Part shown: piece by piece, positions 53,201-61,500 of the stretch
How the letters are laid out: every line of letters starts with the position of its first letter
Numbering within the stretch: the stretch's first letter is position 1
From: Podarcis pityusensis
Lineage: Eukaryota
Assembly (NCBI GenBank): GCA_964106645.2
Contig: OZ067038.1
Strand: one strand, 5' to 3'
DNA: 64,000 bases
Program-made: the position numbers and the translations under genes
The notes under the pieces: model-generated
The model's database searches: none
What the model was told of the DNA's origin: nothing
Seen by the model: only the letters and a program-made list of their open reading frames with translations

Positions 53201-56200
53201 CATGCCCTTGCAACTGATGAGGTATAAAAGCCAGCAGTGTTTTCCAGCCCCAGCGCATTTGCCAGATTTCGCTTTGTTAACATAATATCTTCTGCATGGC
53301 ATGATAACTGTTCGATTTGCATGCCGCATATAGAAGGCACTCATACAGACACACAATTTTGTGGATCAAAATGGGATGTGTGCCCAGTGCAGCTTTTTTC
53401 ATGACAGATTACCCTTACCTGTTAACAGATTTGGGACGTGGGTGGCACTGTGGTCTAAACCACTGAGCCTAGGGCTTGCCGATCAGAAGGTCAGTGGTTC
53501 GAATCCTCGCAACAGGGTGAGCTCCCGCTGCTTGGTCCCAGCTCCTGCCAACCTAGCAGTTCTAAAGCACACCAGTGCAAGTAGATAAATAGGTACTGCT
53601 CCGGCGGGAAGGTAAATAGCATTTCCGTGCGCTGCCCTGGTTCGCCACATGGCCCGGAAGCTGTCTGCGGACAAATGCCAACTCCCCTCGGCCTACAGAG
53701 CGAGTTGAGCGCGCAACCCCAGAGTCATCCACGACTGAACCTAACGGTCAGGGGTACATTTATCTCTTTATTAACAGCTTTTGCTTGATGCCTTGATATG
53801 CCATTTATCTCGCTTCTGCTTCTCTCCATATATTTCTGTGCAATCTTGGATGTTGGGCCTCAAATAGGAGTTCCAAGTTCTAAAACCTCTCTTTTTTTAA
53901 TGATCAAGTGCCAGAGGCGCCTAAGAAACCTACGCCAGAAGAAAGAAAGCCTGCTGCTGTTCCCAAGAAAGAACCGGCACCCCCAGCTAAAGGTACTTTT
54001 CTTGAAACGAAAGCCACCCAAAGAACCTTTGTCCCCTGTGCTTTCTCCCCCATATGCAACCACTGTTCGGAATGAGTTTTACAAATCCAGCGTCTTTCTG
54101 TGTTTGGTTACCAAAGCTAATGTATTGAATATGTGGGAATCTTAAATGGAGGTTCTTCTGGGTTAGAGCATTCCTTTCCAAAATACCATCTCTTCCTTGT
54201 TGGGAAATGTAATCACAATATGTGAGATGTCATTGATCAGTTGTTATGTGTCCGGGTGATTCTCAGAATCTGCTTTTGATATCTTTAAAGTGCCCGAAGT
54301 ACCTAAAAAACCAGTCCCAGAAGAAAAAGCACCTGTTCCCGTTCCTAAAAAAGTGGAGCCACCTGCTAAAGGTATGAGACCACCGCTCATAAGCAGCTCT
54401 TTTCATTTGTTGCTTCAAATGACGTGTCGTGAAAAGATCTGAGATCCCACAGCAGTGATTGTTTTTGTGTCGTAATCGTCGTCTTCCTATATTTGTTCAT
54501 TGCTCAACAGCATCTTCATTAACAAATGTTCTTCAGTTAAACACCAGAACACTAAACGGACAGGGTGCAATGTTATCGTAACACATCTAAATTCGGTAAA
54601 GTGCCCAGTTCACTTGTAAGTGATCTTACAACTTGATATAGGACCCTGCTCCTCACTTTATAATAGTTAGCAATATTTGATCCCAATATTCATAACTGAT
54701 GTTTTTTTCAAAGTGCCAGAGGTACCTAAGAAAGTAGAAGAAAAGGTTCCTGTTCCAAAGAAGAAAGTGCCTCCGCCACCCAAAGGTACAAGACACAAAT
54801 CTTATATATTTGAAAAATATATAAAACTAAATCTTAAGACTCTTTTGTTTCTCTCTTTGGATCTTCCTCTTAATCATATGTATGTTCATTTCATATTTGA
54901 GTCCTATGCAGCATATGTTTGTGTATAGTTGTTGATAATAGCCGTCATGGTCTCTTAGTCTCTACATATTCTTACATATTCTCATTTTAACATTATTAAA
55001 AGTACCTGAGAAAGCGGTCCCTGAAGAAAAAGTGCCGCGGCTACGCAAAAGGGAAGAAGCTCCTCCAGCTAAAGGTATGCTATCCTTCAGAACAAACAAA
55101 CAAAACAGAACAGAACAAAAAGACCATTGCAGTCAAATGTAGACAAGGATTAAATGTAAGGTATTCGTTGTGTTTAGAATAGATTTATGAAAGCTTTAGA
55201 AAACTTATTGATTAGAATATTTGTGTGAGACTGTATGGGAAAAATACGGAATAACACATACAATCTTGCTTAAAATGTATATAGGAAGTGCAGTGTAAGC
55301 GATGGAAGTCAATCAATGAAATTTTATTATTATTTTCATATTGAGATATTTGTAGAATAAATTTGGAACAAATTCTTCCAACTTTTCTTCTTCTTCTTTT
55401 CTCTTTATTTCTTTTTTATTTTCTTATTTTCTTCTCTTTTGTTCCCTTTTTCATGTATATATGCTTATTTGAAGTGTATATGTGTGTATGTATTTGCAGT
55501 GTTTTACTTATATTTTGAAACGATTATGTTAAATAAAATTTAAATTTAAATTTTTTTAAAAAAACAAAAAACCAAAAAACAAAAGACCATTGGTCTTTTA
55601 CATCGGCACCATTATTTAAATGTCCTCTAAATCTTTTTAGTTGCTGCCTCTTCTTTGTAGCCGAAATCTGTACTTTTAACATCATTCTTGCCACTTCAAA
55701 AAAATTCTAAAACTAAATGGTCTCTTTAAAGTGCCTGAGGTACCTAAGAAAGTCATCCCTGAAGAAAAATTACCTGTTGCTGTTCCCAAAAAGGTTGAAG
55801 CTCCCCCAGCCAGAGGTATGCATTTAAGTGGTCAATGGTCTTATTATCTAAAAGAGCTTTTACCTTTCTTTCGTATGCTGACCATCATTTTTTGTTTCGT
55901 ACCATGTCACATTGCTTGCAACTGTTCAACATATTTTCATAGGGCAGGAATGGGGAACCTTAGATCTGGGGGCCAAATACAGCCCTGTGGGCTTCTCCAT
56001 CTGGTCTTCAAAACGCTCCTCAAGCCACATACCCTCCCAAGGTCCCATGCCTCATCGGCCATGCTTTGTATCCTCCTTGAGTAAAAGGACGCGGGTGGCG
56101 CTGTGGTCTAAACCACTGAGCCTCTTGGGCTTGCCAGTCAGAAGGTTGCCAGTTCAAATCCCCACGCACGATGGGGTGAGCTCCCGTTGCTCTGTCCCAG

Positions 56201-58537
56201 CTCCTGCCAACCTAACAGTTCGAAAGCACACCAGTGCAAGTAGATAAATAGGTACCGCTGCGGTGGGAAGGCAAAAGGCATTTCCATGTGCTCTGGTTTC
56301 TGTCACGGTGTTCCGTTGTGCTAGAAGTGGTTTAGTCATGCTGGCCACATGAGGTATTTTTGCCTGGCTGGGATGGATGCTTAGATGGATGGATAATAAA
56401 GCAGGGTTGGTGAGTGTGTGTACAAACTGACCTACCGTCAAATTCGTATTGGTTCCTCTCTGCACATTTGCCTCTGGCCCTGTGCACCACTGATATGTGT
56501 GCCCTGGAAGGTTGCCCCAAAGAGAAGGCAGCCCTCAGGCTAAGAAAGCTTCCCCATCCCTGTCAAGAGGGGAGGAATTGCTTATGTCTGTTTTGCAGTT
56601 CTGTATTAGCTTTACTTTGTATGTTGCCTAGTAAAGAACAGTATGTAGTTTACTTGTCCATTTTGCAGTTGTTAGTTGCACAAGTGTTTAGACAAACCTC
56701 CTCAGATATCAATCAGGAATCTGTATATCCCCATTAAAACTCAATGCGTTTAATGTCTTTTAAAGTGCCTGAGGTGTCTAAGAGAGCTGTTCTAGAAGAG
56801 AAAATATTTGTTTCAGAAGAAAAAGTATCTGTTGCCATTTCTAAAAGAGTGGAAGCTCCACCACCTGAAGGTATATGTGCAAATAATTAGAACTGTGAGG
56901 AATTTAACTGTTTTCAGGCGCTTTTTGTTGTCGCTGCTCTTCACTGCTCTTCCCTGTTAACATCTGCCATTACAGTTTTGTGTGTCTCTGGACATTTGTA
57001 TAACATCTGACACCCAGGCAAGATCCTCAGAGGAAATGTCTTTTCTCAGATCCAATTCCTTGGTTACCCAGAGTGTCAATAGCATTTATTATTTATCCAT
57101 TACATCCCACCCTTCTCCCAAGCATCTCAGGGTGATATACATGGGCCCCCCTTTCATTTTGCTTTTGCAACAACCTAGTGAGATGAGTTAAGCTGAGAGA
57201 TAGTAATTGGTCCAGTCACCCAGTGAGATTCATGGCTGAGCCCCACATTCTAGTCAGACACACCTATATCATGGTGGCAGAAGTAAATCTTGCACAAAGT
57301 CTTACAGAAGCCCTTGTGAAAGTGGAGGAGCTCCTATGGATCTGGGGTATATTTTGTCATTCAACGTTCTTCCATTAAGTCAGAAGCAGTCCAACTATGC
57401 TTGGAAAAGATTTTCTTCTAAATGAAGATCACCTTTGGATCTAACCCATTATCCTTTCAACTTTCCATACTCTGTGGAAAGAAGTCATGATTTAGGGACA
57501 GTGTATACATAGGACACCTGTAGTGCGACATGGGTTTTCCTACATAAAACTCCACCTGATTTTTCTTGTAAGAATCTGTCCCCTGATGGAGTCATCACAT
57601 ACCACAGTGCAGGATTCCATAGATCAAGAGACCTTGGCAAGTCATCTAGACCCTTGCAGTAGCTAACTTTGATGTAGATACTTTGCTATTAATTCTCTTA
57701 TGTACCTGTTGTAATGGAAAAAGATCTGCGATCCCTAGAATTGCAGTTGATATGAATGTGTGTTTCTGTGTATGCAAATCAGTTCATGTCCTTTGTATAT
57801 GCCTGTTTGTAGTAATTACACTGACCTGGCAAGGGTGGTTATAGGACATCTAACCCCACAGCAAAATTAAAAATAACCCATCTTTAAAATATTAACAGTG
57901 GAAGAATGGCCTGAAGAGGTGGAAGAGGAAGAAGCAGAAGAAGAAGAAATTTATGAAAGAGAGGAGGAGATTTCTTATGAAAGGGAGGAGGAAATTTCTT
58001 ATGAGAGAGAGGAGATCTCTTATGAGAGAGAGGAAGAGATTTCTGAAGTAACAGGTATGCCTCAATTCAACAGCCAGCAGCAAATGTTGGTATAGTATAA
58101 TATCTGCCATTATATCCTTTGGGCTGAATTGAATGTAATTATTTAATGACCTTTTGAAATTAAGCCAGTCATTTGCTGCTTATGATATGATTTACTTTGT
58201 TCGGAACCCAAACAAAGGTTTAAAAGAGTAAATTTAAGAGTGCATACACTTTTTCTTTTCTTATTTCCCTCCATCATTCTTATTTTCACATGAAAATACA
58301 GAAACGGACCCAAGTGTTCTTTTCTCAAATTTACAAATATAGGCAGAGCACTGCAAGCCAATTTGTATAAGAATAAAAGATTCCTACATTCCTACACAGA
58401 TAACACATATTATTTAGGGTGGCTCAACTTTCAGAGCCTCATTACTCTCCCAAGAAAGCTGGAACCACCAGAAACAGACAGAAAAAGAGCTACATATTTG
58501 AAAGAGATAGTATTTATTTATTTATTTATTCATTCAT

Positions 58538-58573
<36 letters not shown>

Positions 58574-61500
58574 TCATTCATTCATATGATCTATTACTTG
58601 CTTATCATTAAAAATAATTCCAAATATAAGTCACCTTCATATCAGCCACGTCGAGCTAAACAAAACAAAAGTACATGAAATCTAACTTACCTAAAGCCAT
58701 TGCTCCAAGAGCTATGGAATTAAAGGATGTGATCTAATACCCCATTCATAAGGCTCCCCCTATTTATTACAAGAACCATTGAGATAGGCCCTTTCATGGA
58801 TGTGACCTTTTCAAGGAAGTTGAGATATGTCATCTCTTGCTGAAATCACCGTGGATGTTTACATTGACTTCAATGGGAACTGGGAAGTAATCTACTCACT
58901 TTTTTCCATGAAATGGTCAGAAGAGAGAGTATGGCCTCTGTTGAGAGGAAAGCAGGGATGGAGAACCTGTGGGCCTCCAGAGCTTGCTGGACTCCCAATG
59001 ACCCCAGCTAGCATGGCCAATGGTCAGGAATTATGGGAGTTGTAGTCCAGCAATATCAGGAGGTCTGTCCCTGGAGTAAACCTACCTGCACATGTACTAG
59101 GAGTAACATGAGATGAAAGTAAATATATGTGTGTTTGTAAGAGCTGTCACTTTCTTGTTTTGTTAATTGTATCAACATGTGCATGTCAACTATTCAACTA
59201 TACCTTCTTAATATCTTTACATTAACAGAAGAGGCCTACTACGCTGAGGAGATAGTGCATGAAGAAGTCCCACCAGTTAAAGGTATACCAGCAACTCTTT
59301 GGTATTAAAGTATCAACTCTTCAATATAGATGTTTGACAGCTGTCTGTCCCATGCTTGTTACTATTGTATTTGTGCTTGTTTTTTGTCGTTGTAGTGCTC
59401 AAAATATTATGAACTATCTTTTTTGACTAGCAAGGACCTGTTTGCAAATTCCTGTGCCTTTCTCAATTTTAAAAACCCTAATTGCCAGCAATGGCCCATT
59501 TTGCTTTCATATAACCCCTTGTGTATCTTTTTATTCTGCTGTGCAGAGATGAGTATGTCTTAGTGTGTGTTTCTGTGTGTATATAAAACAGAATTAGCCT
59601 CTGAACATTTCGACTGAATTTTGCATTGAAATATGGATTCACCTCCTTATTTTTCTATACTGTTTGAATAACATGCACAGCGAACATAACTGATACTTAA
59701 ATATTCTTCCTGAAGTGCCTGAGGTTCGGAAGAAACCTGAACCAGAAAAGAAAGTACCAGTTGCTGTTCCCAAGAAAGTGGAAGCACCCCCAGCTAGAGG
59801 TATATATATAGACTGCTTTTTTTCACTTAGGCAAAATTAGGGTTGCCATACGTCTCGGACATTACTGGGATTTCAAAGGCTCAACAACTTTGGGGTTTGT
59901 CTAAAAAAGCTCAACAACTTTCAGGGTGCCCTGGTTTTGACTTTTTGAAATATGGCAACCCTAGGCAAAAATGCTCTTTTTTTGTTTTTGTTTTTTTGGT
60001 CGTCTGTCATCTAAACTATTTGAGTTGATGTTAATCTCTTTTGCATTAAGTGTGAGCAATTGCTTGTCTCTAAGCATTCTGGCTGTGGATTTACTCAGTG
60101 AAATGTATGTGTTGTAAGTTCTTAATGCGTTTTCCTATTGATGTTAAAATCACTCCAACGTTATAAAATTTTGTAATATTTTTAAGTGGCCAAGAAAGCT
60201 CCTCCTGAGGAACGGGCACCACCTAAAGCAAAAGAACCTCCAGCACCCAAAGGTAACACACACACAAAATCATGTCAGTAATGTGCTTTGTCTAGAGAGC
60301 GTCATGTATATATTTTGTTGGTCCATTTCACATAAGAATTATATGGGTTTCATTCACATTAATATCTTGAGGGACTGTCGCCATGTATTGGCCCCTCTTT
60401 CAATCTTCTGCCAGTAATGTTGTCAGTTCCTCGGTCTCTTTTACTGTCTCATTCATGTTTTATATATGGTAAATAATAAATCAGTATTTTTAAACGGAAC
60501 TGAATTGTATTCAAAATATATTCCTGTCATTCTGAGATGGAACCACATGCAATATTCCTACCTTTGTTTGTTGTCTTTAAGTGACCGAAGTACACAAGAA
60601 AAAGGTTGTCACTGAAGAAAAAGTAACAGTCACTAAGAAGGAGGAGGCTCCACCAAAAAGAGGTATATAAAGTTTTAAATTCTGTGGAATTTATATATAT
60701 GTATCTTAAGATTTCTTGGGAACTAAAGAACTGCACAGCAAATGCGAGAAACCCAGGGGACTCCGTCCTCAAATATCTCCCTCCATGACGCAGAGCAAAC
60801 CACTTTTGAAACCAAATGAGCTTTCAAAGGCTATTTGTGATATAGCATAGGAGAGGAATATAGCAGGGGGAGAAAGAATTTATTGTTCAAACAAAAAAAG
60901 TTGTTTTTAGGCATGCCTTTGCATCCTTCTTTTGCCCTAGTGATCGAATTATCTTAAATAGTCTGCGTTTCCTTTTCTTGTTTTATGTACAATGTCAAGA
61001 TCTCGGTACTTTGAATCGTTTTGTTACCTGGTTTATATTTGTCACATGTACGTGATTTAAGTCACCTGAAAATTAATAATATCTTTCAAGTGCCAGCTGT
61101 GCCAAAGAAAGCTGTGCCAGAGGAGAAAGTCCCCATTCCGGTTCCCAAGAAAGCAGTGGCTCCACCAGCTAAAGGTACACCTGCTTTCTCTGACTCTACA
61201 AGAGGGCTTTTGAATAGGTCAGAAACAGGCACCCGCTGGAGTTGTGAACCAGCTGCTTCTGATAAGGAAAAAGTAAACTTGACTAAATTTCACAGAAATG
61301 TTCTGCTCTGTGTCAAAACAAATGCAGAATATTAGGGTTAAACTGGGACACTTGAAACGCTGGTGTTAATGAATTCCTGTAGGCACTTTGCCTGCACAAC
61401 TTCGAACAGCTGGCCTTTGCTGATCTGCAGCAGTTCATTGTGTTGACTGTGTAGTTTGTAAGGTCTTTTGCGATATTATTTTTATGTGGGTAAAACTGCC

